Positions 37,987 through 50,559 of a stretch of DNA of 64,000 nucleotides are shown here, one piece after another. A program made the translations under genes and the position numbers. Position 1 is the stretch's first letter, and each line of letters begins with the position of its first letter. Source of the stretch: Psilocybe cubensis (lineage: Eukaryota); contig CM039004.1 in assembly GCA_017499595.2 (NCBI GenBank), forward strand, positions 248,001-312,000, written 5' to 3'. The notes under the pieces are model-generated. The model was not told the origin of the DNA, did no database searches, and saw only the letters and a list, made by a program, of their open reading frames with translations.

Positions 37987-38542
37987 TTGAACGCATGTCC
38001 CGCCGAGTCGAATGTCGATCCCCCCTAATACCATACGCTCAATCTTGCTTCACCGACCACATTCACCAACCTTAAAACACAAGCGCACGCCTCCATACAT
38101 TTCCGGCTTCATTTCGCCGCGATTTCCTGACTTTTTCATTCATAAACCATCCCACCACCCGTGAATCGACATTTTCCCCCTCCGGCGTGACCTCAGCAAA
38201 ACTCAGAAACGACTCTTGCCAGCCGCATAGGACATTTATCCATCCACAAATACCGCAATATCTAATGTTGTATGAGATGGAGGAATAGACGTAGTGGCAT
38301 CTTGAGGAGTTTTTCAGTGCGTTTCCCGCTGGCTGTTTCTCCCTATCCAGGCTCGTCCCTCGTATGGTCAGTACATCCCGCTTTCAATTGGTCAAGATTA
38401 CTTATAAGGCACGCCTTCACTCTCTTTATCTTCCCCTCCCTTATTATGGTTCTTTTATTCCATCTGTCCTCTGTCAATGACTCATGTAGGGCTAGTCCTC
38501 CTCTCCCCTTTCCAATTCCGCCATCACTTTGACCAGTTCCAG

Positions 38543-39739
38543 ATGACTAACCAAGAGCTTAGCGCTATAAACGCTGTGCTCTGCAACGCGCGAGATTATA
38601 CACGTTGGTACGAAAGGGTATATCAAGGTACATTTGTCCCTTTCTGTCAGAACTGCCATTCATCTTCGCGGCCCTCTCTCACACACTATTCTCCATGTCC
38701 AAATCCCTTATTCTTTCATCACCCTGGAATCTCTTGCATCACATAGAACCCACTTCAAGCGCATACATATCCCACACCCGGACATACAGTCGGCGATGGC
38801 GGTAGCATATACTCCAACACAGTAAAGGGGGGCATGTAGTCGCACCTCTGCGTTGGTAGGCGAGTTTGAGTTGATGTTCAAGTTATTATCCCTCTTTCCT
38901 TCTCATCACAGATCTAAAGTGCGTATGTCCGTATCTCCTTGGACGCTGTAGCTATTAATCGCTTTAACAGTGCTTAATGCGATCACATCTCGTGGTTACG
39001 AGCACAAATGCATCTATATATTTTCGTTTTTCTACTCACATGCATCCATCACTTACAGCTACTCGGAATACCGCACCCATTCCGGATTTTGGGGAAGCGA
39101 TTAAACAAAGTGGATCTAGAAACGTTGCTCTGAGACGCATATGGGTGAGATATCCGTTATGCGTTTTTTGTTCGACTGTTTGCTCAAAGATACCTCCTGG
39201 GAGTCGGGGCAGCCACGAATTTCATATTGTACCTGAAGCATTCCAGAAAATACCTCATCAACTGTAGTTCACAGCGTCCACATCTTTCCAAACGCAACAA
39301 ATATCGTCCTCAACAGCTGTAACTTTGTCGCTGCACCTGGGGGGACCATCAACATGCCCACACAGCCACATTCCGAATGCCATACTACAAAGCTCGACCC
39401 TGACGGTGAGTTTTCCGATTCTAAGGGGGAGACCTCAGTTGGTCCCAAACCTATACCCGTAAATTTGAATGAAACTGGTACGTTGTCCTGTTCTGCGTGA
39501 TTTTGTATCTGCAATGCTGATTTGAATTTGAACTTCATTCGTTGACAGAAGACCAAAATCAAAACATCAGCACAAGCACCACGCTAGACCTGATACGCGA
39601 TTTGATTGAGATTCAAACTGAAAGAAAAAAACGAGCGATGCAAAAGCTGATACGCGCGACTGAGGATATTGAAGATGCCGATGCGCGACTCGCGGGCTAT
39701 CTCGCGATGGAGGCTGAGCTATCACGGCGGAGTGAATAA
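38543..39739 (+). CDS. Hypothetical protein, paralog of 1720-2926 (5' exons uncertain)
   Basis: Exon HIFPNATNIVLNSCNFVAAPGGTIN... and last exon QNISTSTTLDLIRDLIEIQTERKKRAMQKLIRATEDIEDADARLAGYLAMEAELSRRSE*; start codon is a guess. Confidence 0.5.
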
Positions 39740-40381
39740 CATTAGACTTAGATGATGCTGAATGGTATACTTTGGACGCTTTGCAATATTTATTGGTTGT
39801 TTATGGATTACAAAATACAAGCACTCTACACAAATCTCGAAAACCAACTGTGGCATTTCGGTTGTGTGAATTGACGTGAATCAGTCAGGGGTTGGTCAGG
39901 GGCAAGTCGTTCAGCCGTTGAATGTCACAGTTGTGGCACCATCACGTCACTGTGACGGCGGCATCCTAATAGGGAATGCCGAGCATATCCGGCATGGACG
40001 TGCCGGAGCGACACAGTTTTCTATCGCTTTCCACAAGTTTCGTATTTGATATTTCTCTCATTATTATATCTATAACGTATGTACTACAGTAAGGTATATA
40101 AGCAGTAGGTAGAGTAGGTAGAAGGAGGGAGCTTGAATAGACCACTTTATCCAGTCATTTGAGCTTCGACAGTGTGCCGGGACCCGTGTGAATAACGCGC
40201 CCCGTCACAGTCACGCCCGTGTCGTGGTGCAAAAGACAAATCGCAAACTTGCACTGCTTGTCATTTCAAGGTCGCGGGTGTATTTTGCCGTCGCATTCCG
40301 AGGTGCGTTCTCTTATATGGCCTTCAAGACTCAATCTCAAGCTCATTTCATGATCAATCTTGCACCAGTTTTGCGCAGGCG

Positions 40382-42094
40382 ATGAGGGACGTCAGCTCGA
40401 AGGGACACAAACTGGGCGCAACCCGCACCACACCGCCCAAAATTTTCAGACTCCCTAACGAGATTCTCCTCTACATCTTTTCACTGAACGCGCGTCCGTA
40501 CATCGACCTGTGTCAAGACCCTGATGGCGAACCCCGAGTTGTTATGTTCCATGATGATTTTGACTCCAAGGGTCCACTTTTGCCTACACGGCGGGCGTCG
40601 CAAGTGTGCCGTCTATGGCGCAACGTAATCCTTGCGTCCCCCGCGCTGTGGGCAAATGCACTGGACCTGAACTTTATGATGGAGGAGGAGGATAACTGGA
40701 GGAACGAAGGCCTGAAGAGAACGGGCCAATCTCCCTTGACAGTCATCGCTGAGATTGACTTGGGCGTGCCTGGAAATCGTTTTCCATATTCATTCCTCTT
40801 CGAGATTTTGGATAACCATTGGCATCGCGTGAAGACGTTTTTCGTCGGTATATGTACATTCTCCGAGTCGGACACCGTCACTAGCGTTAAGGACGCGATA
40901 TGGAACGCGTTGAATCGTCCGGCACCTGCTCTCCAGTTCTGTTCCGTCATCGACCTAGACACAGTGAAGCATTCACCGGATACGCCGCTATTCTCCGGGC
41001 AGGCACCACAACTTCGATCATTGGTATTGCAAGGATTTCGAGTCAAGCTGTCTGGTGGTAGATGGCTATCCAACCTCAGGCGACTATTTTTGCAGTCTTG
41101 CGACGCATTTCCCGCCGATGTCGTCCTCCAAGCCCTGTCCGAAATGCATTTACTGGAAGATTTAGTGCTAGAAATGGATCCTTCTCCACATATCGAGGGG
41201 ATTTCGGAACTTACGGTTGAGCTTCCTCACCTGGAAAACATCACCATTTTCCAGTCTATAACGTGGCTGTCTTACCTTGTCAAGTCGATTGTCCCAAAAC
41301 AAGGCTGTCGATTCACCCATACCATGTCGTCTGACGTAAACCTTCCTGCGAAACTCGATTCGATAGATGGACAAGGAAAAGCCTATGCTTCATTTTTACA
41401 AAAGTATTCAAACACATCCGACATAGTGTCTATATCTTACACTTTATCCCTGGACAATGCTGGCATACCTGGGATCCTTGTAAAGGGATTCATACCCGAC
41501 AACCCCGTCCTCGAGCAAGAAACGGAACGCATCGTCATCGAATACCAATTCAATCACGATTTCACCCAGTGGACCCGCACACAACTTCCTCACCTCGCCG
41601 CGGACGCGCTCGCGGGATGCGACTTGCACAACGTAACAACCTTCCAGCTCATCCTCAAAGGCAAACTGGAGGAAAACGCGCGGATCACGGATGATACCAT
41701 AGTCGCGTTTGCTCTATTCGTGAGGGCGCTCCCGTTGGTGGATTTCCTGCATTGCAATTCGTTCGCCTTGATCCTTTTGTTGTTTGCACAGGCGTTGTTT
41801 CGTGACAGCGCCATCTTCCCCGAGCTGAAGACTATCAGATTGGAGAGACAGGAGTTTACTACTGCTTTACTTGCGGAGTATATCACGCGGCGGAGGAATG
41901 CGGGAGGCTCGGTTGAAACCATATGCCTTGTTGGCAATGGCGGGTCGAAATTGGAAGATGTATCGTCGACTGTTAATGAGCTCGAGGAACTTTTGGGAGT
42001 CGCAGTTATATGGGAGGGTCCTATAGCAGACGAAAAAGATGATGATGATGAAACTGATGAGGACGAAGACGACAATCAGGAGGATAGAGTATGA
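40382..42094 (+). CDS. F-box-like / LRR-like protein with acidic tail (570 aa, single exon)
   Basis: IFRLPNEILLYIF...ASQVCRLWRNVILASPALW F-box-like motif; AP.L..L.L leucine-rich segments. Confidence 0.85.
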   Translation: MRDVSSKGHKLGATRTTPPKIFRLPNEILLYIFSLNARPYIDLCQDPDGEPRVVMFHDDFDSKGPLLPTRRASQVCRLWRNVILASPALWANALDLNFMMEEEDNWRNEGLKRTGQSPLTVIAEIDLGVPGNRFPYSFLFEILDNHWHRVKTFFVGICTFSESDTVTSVKDAIWNALNRPAPALQFCSVIDLDTVKHSPDTPLFSGQAPQLRSLVLQGFRVKLSGGRWLSNLRRLFLQSCDAFPADVVLQALSEMHLLEDLVLEMDPSPHIEGISELTVELPHLENITIFQSITWLSYLVKSIVPKQGCRFTHTMSSDVNLPAKLDSIDGQGKAYASFLQKYSNTSDIVSISYTLSLDNAGIPGILVKGFIPDNPVLEQETERIVIEYQFNHDFTQWTRTQLPHLAADALAGCDLHNVTTFQLILKGKLEENARITDDTIVAFALFVRALPLVDFLHCNSFALILLLFAQALFRDSAIFPELKTIRLERQEFTTALLAEYITRRRNAGGSVETICLVGNGGSKLEDVSSTVNELEELLGVAVIWEGPIADEKDDDDETDEDEDDNQEDRV

Positions 42095-42304
42095 CGGTAA
42101 TGGCATCTGGCAATGATACTTACTTGGACAAGTCGCGACGCCTCTTAGCAGAAGATATCCGGTCAAGTCAGTGGACTTTACGATATGACTTCTTCTCACC
42201 GTTTCAATCATTTTATGCATATCCCAGAATATCCAATTGAGCGGGTGGGCTATGTTATTATCATTAATATAAACTATAATACACAAGTACTATTTGTTAA
42301 ATAC

Positions 42305-43831
42305 CTAGTCTTCAATATCGACTAATTGTATAGGAAATCCGATAGACTGTCGATAAATCATAAAATCTCGAAGGGCTCCCTTCCGACCATTACCCGTTGT
42401 GGTAAGGCGGACAGTCATCAAACCTGGTAAAACAATTGTATCCGAAAACGTGGACTGAATGTCTATCAAAAACTGCAGCGTGGATAGGTCGGTTCGCAGG
42501 GTTTCAACGAAGGGCAGAGCCAATAGGAAGGCATGGAACTGAGTGCAGGATGTGGGTATAGTGTTCTCCTCGAGCACAAGATGTAGGAAGGTGACAGAGC
42601 TGAGATCACATTGGGATAACGCCTGTGCGACGGCATATAATGATGATAACTTGTTTCGGTTTCGTTGGAGGGATACGTCGGATTCTATGAATACGTGGTG
42701 ATGTTCTGTTGCGTGCATGTTGTGGTACTCCGGCGAATCGCAACATTGCACTCGAAGGTCGACGAAGGGTTCATGACCAAAGGTGGGTAAGCCGTGTTCA
42801 ATATGATAGGAGATGTATCCGATGTCGCGTAGTGAAGTGTAGGTTCGAAAAAAATTGGAATACGCCAAGGCATGTGATGCAATGCGACGATCTGATACAG
42901 TGTCAAATTGTTGCCCAACTGAGATAAGCCTGCAACCCGCTGCAGGAATTATGTACCGAACAAGTAGGGGAAGCGAATTTGTTGTTGTGTAGACGGTGAT
43001 GGTGTTGAGTCGAGGAAGTCGAACAGCGTGGTGATCATTGTCTGGCCCTGATCTGCGAGTGATTTTCGATTCTATGGCTAACTCCTCGAGTTTTGGCATG
43101 CATCGAAGGCAGTTTAATAGACTATTGATGTCGAGGTTGAAATGCCCATCAAATAACAATAGTTTCCGAATGTTTGTTAACCCGGTAAACTTCGGCATGC
43201 TTCCGTGCAAAATAAAAGAACGAAGCCGTGGCGCGTCCCCTGAGAAAAGAATCGAGAAATTAGCTGTAGATGCTTCATCCGAGGGTTCGTGAAGGGCCAC
43301 CGCTGTACAGCTTTCCAGATTGGGGGCGGGTCGTCGTAGTGCGCTTAATATAATGGCTCTCGCGCGAGTTGTGAGAACATTATTGTCCAGTTTTGTGACA
43401 ACAAAGTGTAGTTTTCGGATACGTTCCCAGTGAACCAAGATAAGGTCCTCAAAAAAGTCCAGTGGAAAATTGTCCTGATCCCTCATATCTGCGACCACAG
43501 TCAGGCAAGCATTACCTGTTCTGCGGATGACCTCATCTCTCCAATAAGGAGTCCGTTGGTCCATAAAGGTCAAGTCAATGGATGAAGCCCAAAGGGAGGG
43601 GGAATTAATGACCTGGTCGCGCCAACCTCGACAAACTTGAGACATATGTTGAAGAGTAATCAAAGGAGCGGTTTCCCGTAGCAGTTCAGAATCATTGTCG
43701 CTTTCGACTATTAAACTTTTTTCACGAAAGGTAACGGGCATGGAGGTGGTCGAGTTTAGTGAGAAAATATGATGGAGAACATCGTGATTCACTTTCGTGA
43801 TTGGGGACTCTCGAGTCACCCCTTTTTGCAT
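42305..43831 (-). CDS. F-box-like / LRR-like protein, convergent paralog of 40382-42094
   Basis: ITKVNHDVLHHIFSLN...SQVCRGWRDQVINSPSLW...WRDEVIRRTG...PAPNLESC...LFSGDAPRLRS; first in-frame ATG at 43831 within the 563-aa ORF. Confidence 0.82.
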   Translation of the reverse strand: MQKGVTRESPITKVNHDVLHHIFSLNSTTSMPVTFREKSLIVESDNDSELLRETAPLITLQHMSQVCRGWRDQVINSPSLWASSIDLTFMDQRTPYWRDEVIRRTGNACLTVVADMRDQDNFPLDFFEDLILVHWERIRKLHFVVTKLDNNVLTTRARAIILSALRRPAPNLESCTAVALHEPSDEASTANFSILFSGDAPRLRSFILHGSMPKFTGLTNIRKLLLFDGHFNLDINSLLNCLRCMPKLEELAIESKITRRSGPDNDHHAVRLPRLNTITVYTTTNSLPLLVRYIIPAAGCRLISVGQQFDTVSDRRIASHALAYSNFFRTYTSLRDIGYISYHIEHGLPTFGHEPFVDLRVQCCDSPEYHNMHATEHHHVFIESDVSLQRNRNKLSSLYAVAQALSQCDLSSVTFLHLVLEENTIPTSCTQFHAFLLALPFVETLRTDLSTLQFLIDIQSTFSDTIVLPGLMTVRLTTTGNGRKGALRDFMIYRQSIGFPIQLVDIED

Positions 43832-44470
43832 GATAACCGCAATTTCAATGTTCAGGGGTTCTCGCGCCGGTATATGGAGAGTTATGGTGTAAATAGAATC
43901 ACTATGAACATGGCAAGTCAGACTATGACATTGAAATTTATGTTCCACTTCACCTTGATAGATTTGGTAAGCTTTACGTGTAAGACTTGTTGCCAATCAT
44001 ACAGGAAGTCGTGCGTAACAGTTGCTTGACCAGTTGCGATGATAAAATGCAAAAGTGTGGGAATTATTGACGGGGTCTAAAAATTGTGAAGCACTGCCGT
44101 GGGCGGCACACTGGCATGTCCAGCCCCTTTTGCAGTTCAATGCTTCTTACAACTTTCATTGCGTCCCAGCTTATTCATGATATACATCCCACATCATATT
44201 TAGACCGCATTTGTCTCTCGTTTGGCACCACCAGTCACCAGAGAACCTGCTAACAAACATTGAACAAACACCTGGAGGATAAACCAGGGTGTATAACACT
44301 TTTGACAGCATGTCAATTTTTCGATAATCCTGGATCTGTGATACTTTCATTGAGGAAATTGAATGCGACATTTTCTGCAAAATTTGAACTGGTTTCGTGA
44401 TACTGTTCCTACCCCTTTATCTCTGTCGAAGAGTCCTTATAGAATGCAGCACCACAGCCACGTGATGTGT

Positions 44471-44554
44471 GGCTACCTGGCGCAATGGTAGCGCGTTTGG
44501 CTTCGATCGCTAAATGGCACCAAAAGGTTGCAGGTTCGAGTCCTGCGGTGGTCA
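44471..44554 (+). tRNA. tRNA-Arg(TCG) with 12-nt intron (44507-44518)
   Basis: Acceptor GGCTACC/GGTGGTC, D-arm TGGCGCAATGGTAGCGC, anticodon arm TTTGG-CT TCG A-(intron)-A-CCAAA, T-arm GCAGGTTCGAGTCCTGC. Confidence 0.92.
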
Positions 44555-45620
44555 TCGTTTTGCCTCTGTTTAAGTTTTAGTTTTTCTTTGATGCATCGGC
44601 CACCTAACCAGCCGTGGTACCTAACACTGATTGTTTTTTACTTAATGATTCTAACGCGCAAATTCCGGAGGTACTCCCTAATATTAATAGCAACCACCAT
44701 TTTTGTCGTTGTTGAAAATCCTTCGGCCGGCTGGGATGTCCGTTCCAATTCCGAGAAAATTGTGACGGTCTTAATCACCCCGTTTTCTTAAGTATATCCA
44801 TTACCCCAATAAAAATACGCAAAGCCGGTCAATATGGTTGCCAGTGTGGAGCGAGTGTTTAATGTATTGTTAGCACATTCCGAACCTTTTCCGGACGAGT
44901 ATAATTCGTGTTAGAACTATGAACCAATATAAACTTGCGCAGGTAAACGGTCCATGAGATGTCTATTCAACCTTACGGCGATTTATGTGCTCTAAAGTAT
45001 ATCTCCACAAGAGAGTAAAACGAAAGATTTCAGTCAGCATAATTTAAGAACAACCACCCATTTTACTGGACTTGAAACGGTATCGACTAGTATCGAGGTT
45101 TCTATAAATCCCCAGAAGTGACTTATATTCAGAATATGATCCCTTGAAATCAAATCATCACACACCCTGCTACCATCTTCTTCTCTTGCAACACCTGGAT
45201 TTTGTGACGTCTTCAGATATCTCCACTGTATCGTTCCTACTCCTACATTTCAGGGTACAGCGTCCAGAAGAGATGTGGTTTGACTGTCATAATGACCAGG
45301 TCATTTGAAAGAGAATTTTTCCTGAGCCCACTTGCCTTTCGTGCTCTTTACTCGAGCATGGATATTAATCCGAGGATACATGGGATTTCGTGAAGAGCGC
45401 CAAAGCTCGATCGCTAAGTGAAGGAGAAACATATTGTTGAAAATTTGAACATGAGGGAGGTATCAGTCTGGTTTCTTACCGTGATTGCCGTGTTGTACTC
45501 ACTGCAAGTAAGTAAAATCAGGTTTCATATATATTCTGCATCTTAAAATAGGTGATTCGGTTCTAGAGTACTCAAATTTTGCGATCTCAACTCACGTTGG
45601 CATGAAATAAAATCAATTTG

Positions 45621-48600
45621 AAAGGGATGTACGATTATCGAAATATCATTGAGTTGTGAAAAAGAACCTCGTCAAATCAGGTCCCTTCAGCGTGAAACGT
45701 GCTTCTTGTTTGTGTCAGTAATTCCCAACTTACATAATTGTGTGACTATGTCGGGTGTCGCCTGAGCTCTCAAGCGTCAGAGGGTCAGCCAGGAAACAAA
45801 CAGACAGCACTGTAACTTCGTTTCTGAAGGTTTCTGTGCAAACAGAAAGCAACATAGGGTAAAGAAAAAATGAGAAAATTCAGAGCGTGAGTGCGAATGG
45901 TACGCGACTTCAGACTCTGTCTCCGATTGGAGAGGGTATTTTGTACATGTCTATTTTGATTCACAAATAGGGTAGGATGGAGGTCCCGGTGTCGGTCTTT
46001 AAACGCGCGTGAAGATCCAAAATTTCGTGAGTTTTAGCTCGAGGTCGGGGATGTCTAATGCTACACTTCACATAGAGTATATCTCAAAAAGAAAGTGATT
46101 GCAAGTTATAAAAGAAAGCTATTTATTGTGTAGTAATTTGATCACAATACTACCAAAACACCTCTATCCGACTAAATTTTTTCTCGAAGAGGCCTATTAT
46201 AGCGCTCTCAAGCCATCGCGGACGGTGTGCGCGAAATTCCCACGCACCGGGCCATCGATATCGCGGTAGTATAAGCCGGAAGAAAAAAAGGTGAGCGCTG
46301 ACGCATCACCTTTGTCCACCGGCTCGACCCTCGATGACTCCCTCGTTCCCTACAGTCGCTGCAGCCCGCGGTGAAGCACATCTCGCACCTGTGAAAAGTG
46401 TCAAGGTACTTGTCAGATTGTTTACTTGTGAGGGAACAGAACACTTACGGTATTGTTTTTGATCTTATCTTCGGCTCGTGAGTCGTGTACCCGCCACCAT
46501 TGCCATCTAGCTAGCAGCTAGATTGACAAACCGGAAGCCTCTGTCCTTCCTCCTCTTGCGTTCACGTGTAACGCTGACACCAAGGCCCCCCATGCAACTG
46601 GGTATGTGGCCTTGGACCTGGGAGATGCTTGGAGCCGGCTGCTCCGGCGCAATGGACTCGTCCGTCCATGTACCTGCGTTGGTGTGTGGTACTTCCTCTT
46701 CGAGGGATTCATATGCCCCGGGTAGCCACTCCGAGGCATTGTTCTGGCTATATAGACCGCTATGGGAAATATCTCGTCAGAATCTTTCATTGTCGAGGAC
46801 AAAAAATTTCAATGACCACATACCTCTGGAACACCCTGGTGAAAATTCTGGTCAACGACTACTGCTGGAGAAGGGGCGGGTATACACATACCTTCCATGT
46901 GTGTTGCGCTCACTGTGATTGTGCTCGACAGGGTAATCCCCGGAGCATTCATCCTCGACGGTTTGCTGTTCGCCTGTGGATCTTATATTGTGAATTCCCA
47001 AACCTTCTCCGATTGTATTTGAGACTACATTAAAAAAAGCATTGCAAGAACTGTGAGCCTAAAATCCCCAAAACACGATACATCAGGACATACAGGTCTG
47101 GTACTGGTTTCCATATTGATTAGTTGAGTTGGCGAAGGGGGACACCGGCGTGAAGGGCGAGCGATCGTGAATGCTACTTTGGCCCTCATTAGCAGTCGCG
47201 TACGCTTCCTCCGTGCCATATCTGTCATATATGTGGATTCTTAGCCTATTCAAGTTGATATGCGATCCATGCTTACGATGCTGAGGGGCCTGGCATCGAA
47301 CCCAAATCCTCGTTTGTGCCGGGGAACGCCAAAGCTTGCATAAACCAAGACGGATAGTTGCTCCTAAGTACTGGGGCGCTGTTCGTTGGCCACAATGAGT
47401 CCTGTGGCAAAATATCCCACCCTGATTCAGAGTGTGCCGGGGGGGATGCATGGGTCCTCGCTGACGAGTGTGATCAGTTATGCGTATAATCATCAATGAA
47501 ATTGTTGTGACACCGGCTTACATTGAAAAAGGACATTCTGCCCCAGTAACTCTTCCTCCGTGTAGGGATAAGGAGAGTACCGTGCATCGGATGACTGTGG
47601 CTCTTCTTCAGTCGCCGGATGGAATATGGAGGCATGAGTGGCTGATGCTGATGGCAGTGTATGTGGCGCTAAAATGGTTAGTCTTTAGGACATCTCTTGC
47701 TGAGGTATTCAATTCAAAGACTTACAGGCAAACTCAGAGGTGCCCATATTCTGACCATCGAATCCCGCAAACAACATAGATAACGGAGTAGGCGAATGGG
47801 ATAATGCTGCCACCGTACTTGTACCATATTGGAATTGATGTGGAGATATATAAACTTCCGATTCCTCTGCCAGAAGCTGGTCAAGGAGTGATTCTGGTGC
47901 TGCTATGACATGAAGAGTCGATCAACATCAAGTGTTTGTCCCCAAAAAAACGTGCGCAATACTCACACTCCGATTCAAACATGGAGGAAATGTATCCAGG
48001 CAGGAAGGTGTTGGAAGGGATGACAAGGGATTCTTCTTGGAACTGAGCCATTGGAATAAGCGCAAAGGAGGATGGTGCGATAGGAAAGAGAAAGAACGGT
48101 ATGAGCAGGGAAGGAACAATTTTTTTCCCTCAAAACATAGGAATCAAGTAGCGACACACACAAAAAAATCCCAGGCTCATTAACCAGTGCCGAGTCTGGA
48201 TCTTCTGACTCACTATTTAGTCGTGTATCAGCGCTGCTACTGTCAAAATCAACTTTTTTCCCACACATGCACACAATGAGGCATTATAATTCCTCTTATT
48301 TCCCGCCACTCGGGTTTGGGACACCACAATGGAACCTCATGGCAAGCAACATAGTCCTTCTTTTAACCTCGTGTCCGAGTGACCTGTCTGTTATCTATTG
48401 GGCTTCGACATTTCTTGCCAACAGATTATGTGTATAATAGATAACATAAAGTAAGTGGTATTACATCGCGAGTGTGTATGCTAGGTCTGTTGAGTCCCAT
48501 CGATTACTATCGCAAGTGCTCAGGCACTATGCCTAAACAAGAAGAAGAACATTTCTTCTCGGCAATGGCGTCCCATTGTTCTGCTATCATGTGTGAAAAA

Positions 48601-50058
48601 AAGACTAGTACATGATCATCCTCACAAGAACCAGCTACAGACTGTGTTCTTACCCACTCGAAGATACTAAAATCTTATTGTACAATGTCATTCTATATCA
48701 CTGTGCCTACGAAAAGTACAGAATGCAGAAAGTGTACCACAATACAACTCCACAGGCTAGGTCACTCCGTCTTATCTGATTTCTCGGGATGACACGGGTA
48801 TCAGGTGTCAGACGGTGCTTATAAGAACGTCATACAGAGGATATTCGTTCCAGCCACACACTTTTGTGCATAACCCGCCAGCATATAACAGCTATGTCAA
48901 CAGCTTTACGGTTTGTTTAAACATAGATTGGATGTCGTCATTGGATTCACGTATGTGCGTCTATTAAATATTTTGAACGGGGCCTCTTCACGTAGTCACA
49001 AAATGCTACTACACACACATCCACTCCATTGGCACCGGGATATCCAGATCCTATCGGTTTTTTTACAAGGTTCTCAATCTTCCGATGTATCCATGATGTT
49101 CAACAATGCACATTCACGCCAGACAATCGTTGACTTTATTTTCACCGCCACACAACGCCCTCTTTGCTGTTAATACCAGACATGACTCCGTTTGACCCGT
49201 CCACCCGCTATGTTTTAGGCGTTGTGACGCCCCAGGGAGATCTCGTCGGTCAAAGCCTCTGTTCGCATGAGGAAGTGCGAGACCCGACAGCCTTGTCTGA
49301 ATGTGTGCAATGCGGCCTATCACAATATTTTCGAGTCGGCCGGCATATCTAGCCGAAGGCCGTTCTGACTGTACTTACATAATAGACTTTTGGTTCTCAG
49401 CACGGGTTATTCCGATTCGGATGCTTTTGGTGGCTCGACCGCCGCTGTCCTGCTTCAGACGCGTCAACATTCATTTTGAGCGATGTTGTGAAGCTATAAG
49501 TGCTCATGGTAAGTCTTAGCATTCGTTATCGTAGTACAAATTATGACCTTTCTATTCAGACTGACAACAATGCAAATACAACGTTAGCCGCATCCTCCAT
49601 GGCCAGCAACACACTCATCTCAGTGGAACGTTTCGATTGAGGCTCCTGATTGCATAGTCGCCATGAATCTCACCACTCGTATTCATGCTTCACCGTGCAT
49701 ACCAACGATAGTGAAAGAAGCTGATTGGTAGTTTCATTACTTATTTACCGTTCCATGACACGCCGTATTTCACTATCTAACATGAAACAAGGCCCCTCAC
49801 CTCTTATTGGACCATCGACGAATTGGAAGGCTCGGTGCCGTTGCAAATGTGTTAACATTCAGATGAGCAGACGAGGATCAAGACGGCCCTTTCACGTCAG
49901 CATGGTTTGTTTGCCACAATACATGTGCGTAGTTTTCCATCTAGATGAACTATGAACTAGGAATCTCCAGCCGATGCTCCCCGAGTCCTTCTCAATTCAA
50001 GCATTGGGAATAGTATTGGTTTGAAAACTGCAATGTTCCCTGTGCGCAACATGTGGAT
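45621..50058. repeat. Duplicated unit copy C (uninterrupted)
   Basis: Collinear with copy A once its two insertions are removed. Confidence 0.9.
46507..48051 (-). CDS. Orphan spliced gene, copy C (most complete exon set)
   Basis: MAQFQEESLVIPSNTFLPGYISSMFESE...YPYTEEELL...ESGWDILPQDS...extra exon YGTEEAYATANEGQ...VSVTRERKRRKDRGFRFVNLAAS*; open under GT-AG splicing, including a 12-nt micro-exon. Confidence 0.72.
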
Positions 50059-50490
50059 CCAGTCCATGAACTACCTCCACACTGGTCGTAAAGTGTCTGG
50101 CAGGAAGAAGGGGCGGTGGAAGTTGTAGTCGCCGGAGGCGAAGAAGTGGTTGGATTGGTTGCCGTAGCGGTCGTCGACTGCGTTCAGCTACCATTACTGA
50201 ATTTCCACCAATGGAAGTTTAACAGATAGCCCGTTCCGCTGCCGCTGAATACGAGGAATAGGTCGGAGGTACCCGTGGCTTTGCTTACTGGACACGTCAC
50301 TGTCGTCCAGGTTTGCCTGCCCCCTGTTCCCGATACGTTGCAGGTAACAACGAGTGCTCCAGTGGTACTCCCCAGACGGATTTGAATCGAACCTCCGCTG
50401 GTGGCGGATGCAACACGAGCTGAGAAGGATGCTAATGTATCCGCCGTTATTGATGAAGGCCACGCCTATACCCCATCGGAGAGGACAGTC
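49992..50490 (-). pseudogene. CBM6-linker-CBM1 3' remnant of the GH43 gene
   Basis: GVAFINNGGYI / SFSARVASATSGGSIQIRLGSTTG...TGGRQTWTTVTC...LLNFHWWKF (CBM6), S/T/P linker, [21 protein letters not shown]...NQYYSQCLN* (CBM1); frameshifted, catalytic domain absent. Confidence 0.85.
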
Positions 50491-50559
50491 TCATACGATA
50501 AAGACTTGCTTTTGTGAGTGTTCCTACCTTTTTAGTAATCTTATGTCAGTATGTACAAA

